Below are positions 1 through 12,621 of a stretch of 64,000 bases of DNA, piece by piece. The stretch lies in contig NC_090376.1 in the NCBI RefSeq assembly GCF_036365525.1, positions 71,014,964 to 71,078,963 of the forward strand. The letters run 5' to 3'. Below the pieces are notes generated by a model. The model saw only the letters and a program-made list of their open reading frames with translations. It was not told where the DNA came from and did no database searches. Position 1 is the first letter of the stretch; each line of letters starts with the position of its first letter. The DNA is from Heterodontus francisci. Taxonomy: Eukaryota. The translations under genes and the position numbers were made by a program.

Positions 1-790
1 CCAGCGGACCTTTGTGGCATCTCTCAAGCAGCAGCACACCATTGCAAATCGCAGGTCACTGATGCCCTATTTGCAAAAGCAGGGCAGTTCATACAATTTC
101 AAATAGATGGGGCCTCGCTGGCACAAAGGGCAGTGGATTTGCCTCCAACACTGGATTCCTGCAGATGCAAGGTATTAATTGCATCATTCTGACCATGCAA
201 GCGCTGAGTGAGCAACCAGTGAGATTCATCAACAGAAAGGGCCTCCATTTCCTAAAACGTTGAGTTTGTATGCAACCACACAAGTGCTTTATGCATGTGT
301 GCACTCGTTATCCTGGCAGATGCCATAATGCTTTCATTATCCGGCTGTCTCGGGTGCCACAGCTCTTCATGTCACCACTGAAACTCTGTGGATGGCTGCT
401 AGGGGTCAAGAGATATCCCTTGAAGATGACTATTCACATCTTTACTGACCCCAAGACAGAGGCACAGAGGCCCTATAACTGAAGCCATCTGCTCACATTG
501 ACTACCATCAAGCAGGCCATCAGGCATATGAAGATGCTGTTTTGGTGCCTGGACCGGTCGGGTGTCACCCTACAGTACTGCAAGGGTTTCACACATTGTG
601 GTGCTCTGCTGTGCTCTCCATATCATGGCCCTCCAGAGAGGTGTGGACCTTGAAGAGGGTGAAGCACCAGATCAACACAGTTCATCAGAGGAGGAGGAAG
701 AGGACAAATATGCAGAGCAGAACTTTGCCAATTTTGTGCAGGGAGGGGGCCAGGGCCAGCTTAGGAGTCAAAGCACTTATCAATGCTGGG
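1..790 (+). pseudogene. Harbinger (HARBI1-like DDE) transposase remnant, frameshifted
   Basis: Translated pieces DLCGISQAAAHHC..QVTDALF, FINRKG, RYPGRCHNAFI, GWLLGVKRYPL and RVSHIVVLCCALH, followed by an acidic tail. Multiple stops and frameshifts. Confidence 0.85.
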
Positions 791-1252
791 GCACATCTGA
801 TCAAGGCACATTTCACCTGAACGCTACTCAGCCAGCAGGACTGCATGCTCTGGCACTCATTCTGCACTGCCTGTGAGAACACATCCACTAAACACACAAC
901 TTTGATTTGTTCCATTATTACCGTCAATGCATTGTAGATATCTCTCCAGCGGTCTCAATGTCCCCGTTCAAAGACCATTGCTTCCCTTCACCACTTCTTC
1001 CCGCTTTTCCAGTTTTGCCTGCTCATAAGTCTGGGATCATAGCTCAAAATCTTCAATGTAATTAATAACTAACAATTTACACAACCACAAATGAAAGTCA
1101 CCCCAGCAAACCACTCAGTGTAATGACCAGTTCAATGGCCTTCACTCTCAGACACTTCTACGCAATGCTCGCCTTGTGGCCTCGGATGAGGTACAGGCAG
1201 CCTGCTTGCATGTGTCTGCCTGCAACTAAGATGCCCGTGGTGGTTCTCCTGG

Positions 1253-2830
1253 TCATAGAGCTGCCAATGGGGACACCTCCAGAGGCTGCTGCACTGGCAT
1301 CATTGCAAGGGCAGCCTCCATCACAGGGCCTTGCTGCATAGATGGTCCCTCAGTCAGAGGGGCCAAGGAGGCTGGTGATAATGATGGTGGCCCATGAGAG
1401 GTGGCACCCTCTTCCTCCTCAGTGACTGCCTCAGTCCTTTGGCACTCTGGATTGCTGGAGGGTACCACCTGCTGGGACGCAGCTGGCATCCACTCCATGC
1501 ATCTTTGCACTATACAATGCCACTGACCAGTCAATGCTATAGAATGTAGCATGTCAGTGCGCTGTTCCTGCATCCACTCAGAGTGCTGCCACATTTGGCT
1601 CTTCATAAAGTTAGCCACTCTCTCAATGGAGGAGCTCATACATTCAAAACCCTGAGCCATGGGAGTGCATGAGCTGAATGAGCTCCTCCATTCACAGCCC
1701 ATGACCGTACACTGCCTCAGGGAACTCTGACATGTAGGCACACATCTTATGCTGCTGGTGAAAGTAGAGCCGCCTTGCTTGTCACTCCTAGGCTGTGCAT
1801 CTGCGCCCAGCTGAGCATGGCTGTGTCTATCCTCCATCCTCTGAGGGGAACTGCTCATAGATATCGCTGCCTCTCTCACCTCCTGCTCACTAGTGATGTG
1901 CTGTTCACCCAGTGCCATCCTATCTAACTATGCACAAGGACCCACCAAGGTGAATTATCTGCTCAGGTGGAGGGTGCGCTTGATTGATGTAACGGTGCTG
2001 GGTCTGTGGCTTCCATGTTGTCTGAGCACCCTGGTGATGCTACAGAGGCACTGGCCTGCTCCCCCAGAGACAGAAGAAGGAGATCATGAGAACTCACCTC
2101 TGACAGCAGATGCCTCTGCAGAACAGAGGCCTCCCAATGCAGCTGAGGCTTTGGAATGCTGTCGCATGATGAGAAGTGCACTCCATCCCCTTCATCTACA
2201 GAATTCACTATCTTTTCATCCTCTCTTACTGTTACGGCCATCTCTCCATCGCCCAATTCCTCATGAAGCGCCACCCCGGCAATGTCAAATACTGCCTCCT
2301 CCTTCAGAGGAAGGATAGTGAGCTGGGGTACTCCTTCTCCTGTACATGCCTTCTCCCTTGCACTATGTGCCCTCTTCTCCTGCAAGGACAAAAGAGAGAG
2401 AAATTAGGCACTTCTGGCCTCTCTCACCATTTCCAGTGGTTCCTTTAAATAAGATTCTGCATTTATCAATGCTACCATCTCCTCAATAGGGCTAAAGCGG
2501 TGAGCTTTGAGGACGGGTCAGTGGACACACATTTCTCCCATGTTTTGGAGCGCTATGCACTCTCAAACTACTCAGCTGATCTGTCTGTTAGTGGCTGCAG
2601 AGCTGGAGGTCTGTCATCTGGGTGTCGCATTGTACTCACCTTGCCAGAAGAAGGTCATTAAACCTCTTGTGGCAAAGCACCGAGGTCCGCCTGACAACAC
2701 TGCAGCTGCTTACATGTTCTGCCACCTCCAGCCAGGCCTGTTTAGTTTAGCAGGGTGGCCTTCTGCTGCCACCCTCCGAAAACAAGATTCCTTGCCTTAT
2801 GCACGCAGCCTCCAAAATGACCTCAATGGT
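1253..2830 (-). pseudogene. Harbinger Myb/SANT-like DNA-binding protein gene remnant (intron-containing)
   Basis: Minus strand TKQAWLEVAEHVSS..HKRFNDLL, then donor AAG|GTGAGT (~2634-2642) and acceptor TTGCAG|GAGAAG (~2384), continuing EKRAHSAREK. Confidence 0.75.
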
Positions 2831-3394
2831 TAAACCTTCAGACAGCCCTGCCCAGGTGTACCTGGCCTCTGCCTTTCCTCTTCCTCACTTCTGCTTGCCA
2901 TTGAGTTGCAGGATGGCTGCCACAGAAATGACTGCCATCATTCCTTTAAATCGGGCCCACACTTTAAAACTCCCACCATCTTTCCATGCTCATTGCCACT
3001 AATTGGCTACCAAAACCACCGTCCAGTCAATTAGGACCAACCTTGGGGAAAATGGGGTCCTGTGCCTGCTTCACCCTCAGAGCGCGAGTCGGATCCGGAA
3101 ATGGTTCCGCCACTGGAGTCCCAACCGCAAATGGAAAATCCTGCCTTTATACTTAATTCCCCATCATGAGGAATCAAAAATTTCAAAGTTGTAAAGAGGC
3201 CAAAACTAACCCAAAAAAAAGAAATAGAATTTAAGAAAATGATGCACACAATTTTTGAAATTTGAACTGTAGTTCAATTTTTGTTTCTGATTTCACTATT
3301 TAACTATTTAACCTAGGAGGAACTTCAGGTAATTTGTATTAAGATGTTGTTATGGAATTAAATTCAGGGATTGAGTCTATATTTTAGACACTGG

Positions 3395-3697
3395 GAGATT
3401 GTTTCCACTGGTCGAGGAATCTAATCATTTAGGACTGAGATGAGGAAAAATTACTTCATTCACAAGGTTGTGAATCTTTGGAATTTTCTACTCCAGAGGG
3501 TTGTGGATGCTCCATCATTGAATACATTTAAGGCTGGGATAGACAGATCTTTGGTCTCTAAGGGAATCAAGGGATACGGCGAGCAGGCGGGAAAGTGGAG
3601 TTGACGCCTAAGATCAGCCACGATCGTACTGAATGGTGGAGCAGGCTCAATGGACCATATGGTCTACTCCTGCTCCTATTTCTTGTGTTCTCGTGTT
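3395..3697 (+). mobile_element. CR1 LINE 3' fragment
   Basis: VVNLWNFLLQRVV-type ORF2 end and a CR1 3' UTR ending CTACTCCTGCTCCTATTTCTTGTGTTC. Confidence 0.8.
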
Positions 3698-3945
3698 TGT
3701 TCTAGAATTGCAAATTAGTTCTAGTCAAAAAGTGTACCAAGGATGAGTCTTCTCACATATCACAATTTGCCCAAAGGGTAGCTAAAATGTGAAATTCTCT
3801 GCCACAAGCTGTTTTTTAGCCCATAAATTCTTTTAAATGGGTATTAATTGTTTGTTAAAGAGGAATATTGATGAGAATGGGGAACAAGCAGGAGGGTGGG
3901 ATTTGTTTAGATGATGTGAAGAGTAAACACCAATGCAGACTTGAT

Positions 3946-4737
3946 GGGCTGGATTTTAACGGGCCCCCGACATCGGGCTCTGTGGCAGGGGTGGCCAGAA
4001 GATGGTTCCGGCAGAGGCCAGCCATTGAGCTTGACACTGGCAGAGCCCGGCCCAATCCTCCTGGCAGCAGTGAGGCTCTGTGGCAGCCCCCCCCCACCCC
4101 CACCACTGGGCAATGGGAACTGCATCTCAATATTTAAATCAACGAGATGAATAAATTTGAATAAACTCACCAGCAGTCTTCCGGGCCTGCCGCGATCTTC
4201 AGTGCTATGGCCGGCACTCCCACACCTTCAATTCCCTGTCTGGGGAAAGCAGGCGTGACACTAGTGGGGAGGGAGGGGAAGTTAAGATTTTACTGGGTGA
4301 TGGGGAACGGTGTCAAATAATCATCGTCCGTGTCAGGGATGGTGGGAAGGGATGATCATTAACCTTTGTACAGTCTGTGGGGTGGGGGAGAGTCAGATTT
4401 CAAAGGCAAGTGGTTTTTTTTGGTGGGGGGGGGAGAAGGGCAAATACTTAAAGTAATTTTTATTGGGGTTGGGAAAGGAGTATTAGGATTCTATTTGATA
4501 CATATTGGGGGAGGGGGGGGCTATATCTTTAAAATTTTAAATTTGCCGACAGGGCTGGCTGCACAGGCAGCTGATGCCATTGCCGGTGTCGGACATCCCA
4601 ACCCCTCCATGTGATTGGGAGGGTGGGCCGCCCCGGCTATTTAAATGAGCCACCACACTGGAGATCGGGGCAGCTGTGCAGCGTGCGGCCCCGCACATGA
4701 GGGCCACCAATTTTTTCAGGCTCTTAAAATCTAGCCC
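3946..4737. mobile_element. Harbinger-type MITE inserted in a CR1 3' tail
   Basis: TIRs GGGCTGGATTTTAA / TTAAAATCTAGCCC (13/14). Flanks GAT/AAT form an imperfect 3-bp TSD. The host CR1 tail resumes at 4738. Confidence 0.8.
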
Positions 4738-4947
4738 AATGGGTTGAATGGCCTATTTCAGTGCTGTAACACTCGGTGAGGAAAACCATTCAGCCTATCT
4801 AGATCCTCCTTTAGTGGCTGACTACACCTAATATCCAATTGCTTTTGACAAGTTGTATTGTTCTGACTAAATTTGATCTAAAAAAACCACAAAAAATGCA
4901 AAGAAATTGAAATTTCTGTCTAAAATAGATTCATTTTAATATTACAG

Positions 4948-4997
4948 GACTCTGGTGAAACAGTTAAAACATCAAATCCGTGGGGTGCCAGTGGAAA
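4948..4997 (+). CDS. AFF3: AFF3-like (AF4/FMR2 family) antepenultimate coding exon, 50 nt
   Basis: Acceptor TTACAG| and donor |GTAAGT. Encodes DSGETVKTSNPWGASG(K), matching the short AFF3 PWGASGK exon. Its phase-2 end joins 22533 in frame. Confidence 0.85.
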
Positions 4998-5328
4998 GTA
5001 AGTATGCTTTTCTTTCTTCTGACCGAAAATGGAACTATGTAAAAGTAAAACTGAAACAATGGCCAAAATGTTCAACATCAACAGTGGCATAAAGCGAGTA
5101 ATATTGGATTGGCTTCCATTATACATCCTATTTGGAAAGAAAAATCAAATGGGGTGTATAATGGAAGTCCAATATTGCTCATTTTACACCCACCCCACCC
5201 CCTTCCAACTTGGATGGTCTTCTCAATATCTCAACTTGTATTTCTTCAGACAATGCCCATGAAATTGGTTCGCAGTGCCTTTCTGTGCCTTATGTGAAAA
5301 CTATAAATAAAACTATTTCAATTAATAT

Positions 5329-6043
5329 GGGCTGAAATTTTACGCCCCCCAAACAAGCGGGGTGGGGGCGTAAAATTGAGTGGGAGGTGGGGGGAGGCAT
5401 TCCCGACCCCCTCCCACATCCATTGCCAATTTACACAGGGCGGCGATGGTGAGAAATGACCCGCCTACCCCAGGCCAATCACGGTCCATAGGTGGGCAAT
5501 AAACTGGCCCTTAAGGGCCTCCATCCACCGCCACAGGTATTTTACCCTTGGCTGGCAGTCAGCTGAGGCCTCAAAAAGCTCGCCTAATGAAAGCAGGAGC
5601 CTTCTTGCGGGCTGGGGGAGGCCTTCCTGATAAGGCCGCCCCCGAAGTCCCAACCACCCCCAACTCACAATACTCCTCCCACCTCCCTAACCCATCCTCC
5701 TTGCCTTGCCGGGGCCCGACTGATTGTCCCCAGCGAGGCCCTAAAAACATACCTTTTTTACAGGGCCATCCTTTATCTTTTTCCGATGGCTGGATGCAGT
5801 CCCAGCAGTGGCCACTGCTCCCGGTGGCACTGCTGGGACTAAGAGCTGCCGGCTTGCTGATTGGCCGCAGCTCCATTCGGTGGGACTTCTTGTCTCAAGG
5901 AGGTGGAAGACCCGCCCAACACCAGTTAAGGGCCGGGGGAGCGTAAAATCCGATCTGGCTCCCCAGGCCCGGCGGAGACGGACTTGCCACTGACTTTTCG
6001 GCTGGTGGACGGGGCCCCGCAGCCCTACGAAAAATTCCAGCCA
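5329..6043. mobile_element. Harbinger-type MITE
   Basis: Ends GGGCTGAAATTTTAC and GAAAAATTCCAGCC. The GC-rich interior is related to the MITE at 14657-15414. Confidence 0.75.
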
Positions 6044-6466
6044 TAGTCTTCATACAATGTTTTCAGTATTTTAAAGACAAAAAGAATAGAAGCTTTCAAA
6101 GAATGATTGTGATTGTTCTCCGAGCCTGCTAATTAGAGCATTGGTGTCCCATCCAAGCAGTCGTGAATTCAACAAGTCTCCTTGCTACTTGTCACTGACA
6201 TCCACCTGTCATAGTGAAAATGAATTACCTAGGCTTACCTGTGCTCTCAGGGAATTTATACCATGAGTCATAATAACTAGGAGTATCTCAGCTTTGATTC
6301 CCATTACATGTTAAATTCGCTAATCTCAGCAGGGATGGCAGTGGAACAAATGATCAAAAGTGTTGCAGTACCTAGACCTATATTCCCATGAAGAATTACT
6401 TTGACCCAAAAGTGAAAACAGGTACCAAATGGGTGCTGCAGTAATAAGAAATGTCTGTTTGAAAGT

Positions 6467-7212
6467 ATGGATTTAGCCTGCAATTTTTGGACAAATTGAT
6501 GATTATCATGACTTAAACACGCCTGCAGGCACTGAGAATGACAACTGCAGGTTTAGCACTTAAGTGATTAGACACAGTTTTCCTGGAGCTGTACAGGTAG
6601 CTTACCCACTTCTACTGAAGGTGTAGAGTGGTCTGACTGGCAAACAGCAGCAGAATTCAGGATGGCTTCAGGACCAAATGAAAGACAACGTAGGTTCTGA
6701 GACACAGGTCTCAGAGGTCTGGTGGAGGAGCTCCAGATGAGCAGGGATGACATGTACCCACAGGGGAGAATGAGTCAACCTTGCCCTCCTGTCCCTCACT
6801 CCTACAGCAGCTGGTGCTGCTCTTCCTGGACTCATATCCTCCTCCCATTCCTCCCAAAGACCAAGAGTGTCCCCGAGCAAGATGCCAATGACCAAGTACT
6901 CTCTTTCTCCTGTTGACTCCTACAAGGTGTTCAATAAGGTACAGTAGCACAACACTAACACATTTTAGGTTAAGTCAATCTCTAGCCACCAAAATGACGT
7001 GTAGCCGCTTTAATGAGCGCTAGCAGGCAACTTAATTGTCAATCAGCCCCGTATTGATCCTCCAGGTGGCTGTTCTTAATGCAGTCTTCAACTCTTCAGC
7101 AAGCTGGTGTCTTGAAATAAATGCAAGCTAGACCGGCATTGCAGCTTAAGACCCCATCTTGGCCACCTCGGAGGCTCTGTAGCTTTTAAAGGATCCAGGG
7201 AAAATAGCCCCC
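6467..7212 (+). mobile_element. Internally deleted Harbinger derivative with a Myb N-terminal fragment
   Basis: RF*DTGLRGLVEELQMSRDDMYPQG at ~6690-6770 resembles the Myb/SANT start of the other copies. TIR-like AAAATAGCCCC near 7201-7212. Confidence 0.5.
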
Positions 7213-7386
7213 AGTGTCTTCAAGACGGAGGAGAAAATTAGCAAGGATGGGAAAAAAACTAACATTGTGTTTGTCACAAAATACCTCCCTACTTTCACAA
7301 TATTGATTACTTCATTATTTTAACATGTTATCTGTGCAGTACCAACACAGTTAACTTCCGTCAGCTCTCTTTGTATTTCAGTGATG

Positions 7387-8326
7387 TGTTATGACCTCAG
7401 TTGGAGAAATGCACTGTCTTTCTCTTGTTCCACTACTCCACTGGTCACAATGTATGTTTAACTGTTGTACCCAGTTACTGAGACGGCTAATTATATACTT
7501 TATCTATATTAGTTTCAGAATTTTTAAAAAAATTTGCCAACCAGATTTCTTTAATAGACAACAAAATTATTGATTATAAAACAAGACTCATTCAATAAAG
7601 ATGCAAAGCTTATTAACACACAGTTTGAAATATGAAAGTATAAATATATACCCTTTTAAAATATCCTAACACATGCACAAACACACTAGTTAAAGGAAAA
7701 AATAAAGAAAAATAAATAAAACTGGCTCTGCGGAGATCAACTTTTAAAAAAGTACTTTGGCCAAGTTATTGTCAATTCTTGAAGAAAAAGGATAAGCTAT
7801 GGAATGTCCCAGATGGCCTTTGGTCTGGCATCCTGGTACATGTAGACGGCTGTCACTGGGATCTTTCTGGAACAGTTCTGTTCAGGAGACGTCATGGAGT
7901 AGTCTTGCAGGCTTTTTGAGAGAATTACTGCATCAGTGGTTTCAGCTATCACACTGGATTCTCAGAAGATTTTCCAAAACAGATGGAAAAGTTTGAGTTG
8001 GGTGGCTTCTCTCTTAGCAGGCTATACACCAACTGAACATTCAAACAGTCCAAGCCAAATCAAAAAGCCAAAATTCCTGACCACCATAAACCTAGACATG
8101 TGACTTCTCAGTAAACAACTCCAATAGCCAGCAAGGATGCTTATGTTTATTTTAGTACTTCATTGTCTCTTCCAGTAAGTGTTTTTTTTAATCCAAAGTG
8201 TCTTTCCAGTAACCCTTTAAAAAAACAAAGTCAGGCATCTCCTCAGTCTTTCAAATGAACCAATTTTCACAATATTTTAAACATGAGCCCTGAAAAAATA
8301 TTAATAATAGAAGCACCTTCATGACA
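7387..8326 (-). mobile_element. Solo LTR (family B; 4-bp TSD, Gypsy- or ERV-type)
   Basis: Termini TGTTATGA...TCATGACA with a perfect TSD GATG (7383-7386 / 8327-8330). Homologous copy at 50297-51360. Orientation is tentative. Confidence 0.85.
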
Positions 8327-9769
8327 GATGGAAAACCTACTCAGAATTGTCCCCACTGCATCTACATCCTGTCACTTGCATTTAAGCTTATTATAGTAAT
8401 GATAAAAATCATTCAGCACATCCAGCACACTATATTGCCCAGGACCTGGTTCAGTATCCAACCATTTTCCACTTTTATTTCTCTAACCCCTGCAGTGTCA
8501 GGAATCAACCTAATTCACTTGCAATTCTTCAGCTTGAGTAAACGTTTATAGTGCCAAATGGTAATCTGTTCCTTATATTAATGACTTCAAAGTTCTTCTA
8601 TTCTGAGGTTTTGACAGCAGCACAGAGCATCACTGGTGGCAGGCGCAGTTTGGAAAATCCAGCACCTCACCACATGCACCTGACTTGTTTGATGCCTAAT
8701 TTTCCAATCGACAAATTTGAGCGAAATGAAGAGGCCTTACTGCAGGCAATAATTATTAACCTAATTATTAAATAGAATCTCTCACTGAATTTCACAAGTT
8801 GTATTGAGGCCCTGTTTCCTGCATACTGTTTAGCCACTTAAATTGGGCACCTGTCTTAAAGCTATCGCTGTTGTTCACATCAATATTGATGCCTAGATTT
8901 TTGACAGCGAGTGTTTATCTGCTCAGGGAATGGAAAGTTTGGCACCTTCTTCTTTCTACACTTTTGTCTTTTTGTTGAAGCCTTCATTTTGTTAAAACTC
9001 AATTTCCTGGGGTTTTGGCAATTACTGATAAGTTTGATGATACAGAAGAAAGCCAAATGAATATAGAGAGAGTACAGAGGAGATCTAAAAAATGGGAAGA
9101 AGGGAGGCAAAGGGAGATTAAGTGTATTGATTAGTGGCTAACATAAAAGGAAACCCAAAGTGTTTACAAACCTATAAATAGTAAAATGGTAGTGAAAGTA
9201 AGTGTCTGGCTGATTAGGGACCAAAAAAGAGATCTTGTAGAGGCAGAGGGCATGACTGAGGTACTAAATGAGTACTTTGTGTCTGTCTTCTCTAGAGAAG
9301 GGTATGCTGCCAATGTTGCAGTAAAGGAGGAGGTAGTAGTGATATTGGATAGTATAAAAAAAAGATACTTAAAAGCTTAGCAGTGCTCAAAGTAAAAATG
9401 TACCCTGGTCCAGTCTGGATGCATTTTAGGTGACTGAGGGAAGTAAGGGAGGTTCTGGCCACAATCTTCCAATTCTCCTTAAATATGACAGTGGTGCTAG
9501 AGGACTGGAAGATTGCAAATGTTTACATCCCTGTTCAAAAAATGGGAGAGGAATAAACCCAGCAACTACAAATCATCTATCGTCTGTGGTGTGGGAACTT
9601 TTTGAGACAAAACTAATTGGCACTTGGAAAAGTATGGGCTAATTAATGAAAGTGAGCACAGATTTATTAAAAGCAAATCATGTTTCACTAACATTGAAGA
9701 AGATACAACAAGGGTTGATGAGCAATGTGCAGTTGATGTTGTGTATATGGACGTTTGGCATTCGACAAA

Positions 9770-11391
9770 TTTTTTTAAATTATTCGTTTCATGGGATGGG
9801 GCATTGCTGGCCAGGCCAGCATTTATTGCCCATTTCTAAGTGCCCATGAGATGGTAGTGGTGAGCAGCCTTCTTGAACCGCTGCATTCCATGTGGGGTAG
9901 GTACAACCACAGTGCTATTAGGAAGGGAGTTCCAGGATTTTGACCCAGGGACAGTGAAGGAACAGCGACATAGTTCCAAGTCAGGATGGTGTGTGGCTTG
10001 GAGGGGAGCTTGCAGGTGGTGGTGTTCCCGTGCATCTGCTGCCCTTGTCCTTCTTGGTGGTGGAGACTGTGAATAGCCTTGGTGCATTGCATCTTGTAGA
10101 TGGTATACACTGCTGCCACTGTGCATCGGTGGTGGAGGGAGTGAATGTTTGCGGATGGGGTGCCTGTCAAGTTTTGCCTGCTTTGTCTTGGATGGTGTCG
10201 AGCTTCTTGAGTGTTGTTGGAGCTGCACCCATCCAGGGAAGTGGAGAGTATTCCATCACACCCCTGACTCGTGCCTTGTAGATGGTGGACAGGCTTCGGG
10301 GAGTCAGGAGGTGAGTTTCTCGTCACAGGATTCCTAGCCTCTGACCTCCTCTTGTAGCCACGGTATTTATATGACTACTCCAGTTCAGTTTCTGGTCAAT
10401 GGTAACCGCCAGGATGTTGATAGTGGGGGATTCAGTGATCATAATGCCAATGAATGTCAAGGGAAGATGGTTAGATTCTCTCTTGTTAGAGATGGTCATT
10501 GCCTGGCACTTGTGTGGCGCAAATGTTACTTGCCACTTATCAGCCCAAGCCTGGATATTGTCCCGGTCTTGTTGCATTTCTACACGGACTGCTTCAGTAT
10601 CTGAGGAGTCGCAAATGGTGTTGAACATTGTGCAATCATCAGTAAACATCCCACTTCTGACATTATGACTGAAGGAAGGTCATTGATGAAGCAGCTGAAG
10701 ATGGTTGGGCCTAGGACACTACACTGAGAAACTCCTGCAGTGATGGCCTGAAGCTGGGATGATTGACCTCCAACAAGCACAACCATCTTTCTTTGCGCTA
10801 GGTATGACACCAACCAGCGGAGAGTCACCCCCCTGATTCCCATTGACTCCAGTTTTGCTAGGGCACCTTGATGCCATACTTGGTCAAATGCTGCCTTGAT
10901 GTCAAAGGCAGTCACTCTCACCTCACCTCTTGAGTTCAGCTGTTTTGTGCATGTTTGAACCAAGGCTGTAATGAGGTCAGGAGCTGAGTGGCCCTGGCGG
11001 AACCCAAACTGAGCATCACTGAGCAGGTTGTTGTTAAGCAAGTACTGCTTGATAGCACTGCTGATGTCACCGTCCATCACTTTGCTGATGATTGAGAGTA
11101 GACTGATGGGGCGGTAATTGGCCATGATAGATTTATCCTGCTTTTTGTGTACATGACATACCTGGGAAATTTTCCACATTGCAGGGTAGATGCCAGTGTT
11201 GTAGCTATACTGGAACACTTGGCTAGGGGCACGGCAAGTTCTGGAGCACAGGTCTTCAGTACTATTGCCGGAATGTTGTCAGGGCCCATCGCCTTTGCAG
11301 TATCCAGTGATAGCTAGATATCATGCGGAGTGAATCGAATTGGCTGAAGACTGGCAGCTATGATGGTGGGGATTTCAGGAGGAGGCCAGAT
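9770..11391 (-). mobile_element. CR1/L2-group LINE (family B), 5'-truncated, RT region plus 3' UTR
   Basis: ORF pieces MGPDNIPAIVLKTCAPELA, NYRPISLLSIISKVM, DIKAAFDQVWHQG, LGPTIFSCFINDL and FTDDCT. A-rich tail at ~9770. Confidence 0.9.
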
Positions 11392-11529
11392 AACAGACAT
11401 GTCAGCAAATAAAGCCCATTGGGATTAAAGGGACAGGGAGAGCATGGGTACAAAATTGGCTAAGGCACAAAAAGGAGAGAGTACTGGGTGAACAGTTGTT
11501 TTCAGACTGGAGGGGAGTGTACAGTTGTA

Positions 11530-12505
11530 TAAAAACAGAAAATATTGCAAATACTCAGCAGGCCAGGCTACATCTGTGGAGAGAGAAAGAAAATTAACAC
11601 TTTAGGCCAATTCCAGCATTTCTTGTTTTTATTTCAGATTTCCAGCATCTGCAGTATTTTGCTTTTACTTTAGACCAATGTCCTTTCATCAGAACTAGAA
11701 AAAATTTAGGTGTAACAGGTTTTAAGCAGGTACAGAGGCAGGGTGTGCGGGTGGAAGAACCAAAGGGAAGGTTTGTGATAGGATGGGAGATAGGAGAGAT
11801 TAACTGACAAACAGAACAATGATGATGCAAGGCAGAAAGAGATGGTAATGGGACAAGTAAAGAAACAAAATATGGGTCTAGAAGAGGTGTAAATGGGAAA
11901 GCAGAGTCAACATCAACGGCTGCTGTCCAAAAAAATGGGACTGAGGTTATGTTCTGAAATTGTTAAAGTCCGTTGACCTCAAGTTTGAGTCTGGAAGACT
12001 GTAAAGTGCCTAGGTGAAAGATAAGGTGCTGTTCCTCAAACTAACATAGAGCCTCATTGGGAGTGGGGCAAAGAATTAAAATGACAGGAAACGGGAAGCT
12101 CAGTGTCACACTTGCGAACTGAATGTAGGCATTCTTCAAACCCAGTCAGGGTTTCATCTCCTCAAGGTAGACCGGACTGCACCATCAGCAGCAAATACTG
12201 TATATTACATTAAAAGAAGTACAAGTAACTCACTGTTTTACCTGGAAGGAGCATTTGGAGCCTCGGATTGTGGGAAGGAACGAGGGAAAAGGGCAGGTGT
12301 TGCATCTCCTGCACTTGTGTGGGAAGGGGAGGGGCTGTTGAGGCATGGACCAAGGTGTCAGAGGGAACAGTCCCTTTGGAATGCTGAAAGAGGATGGGAG
12401 GTGAAGATTTGTTTGGTAGTGACATCTCACTGGAGGTGGCGGAAATGGCAGAGGTTGATGTATTGAATGTGCCGGTTAGTGAAAGATGAGGACAAGGGGA
12501 GGTCT
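11530..12505 (-). mobile_element. Penelope-like element 3' fragment (GIY-YIG region plus pseudo-LTR)
   Basis: Minus strand CRRCNTCPF...FQVKQ..TCTSFNVIYSICC matches the Cys motif and GIY-YIG region of Penelope ORFs. pLTR-like end CTCTCTCCACAGATG...CTGCTGAGTAT. Confidence 0.75.
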
Positions 12506-12621
12506 CCAAGGGTCGGTATTCAAACCACTGCTCTATTTGATAGATATTAATGACCTGGGCATGGGTATGCAGAATATAATTTCAAAATTTGCAGATGACA
12601 CAAAGCTCAGAAATATAGTAA

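Larger units (their letters stand above)
1..3146. mobile_element. Decayed PIF/Harbinger DNA transposon (transposase on +, Myb/SANT gene on -, convergent); left end outside window
   Basis: Transposase and Myb motifs (listed separately). The right end GGAAAATCCTGCCT (3133-3146) matches the GGGCNGGATTTT-type TIR seen on MITEs in this window. Confidence 0.8.

Noticed and set aside
1253-2391. Domesticated Myb/SANT (MSANTD/NAIF1-like) host gene
   Set aside because: The Myb exon has a stop, the gene sits inside a TIR-bounded element next to a dead transposase, and similar decayed copies are scattered through the window.
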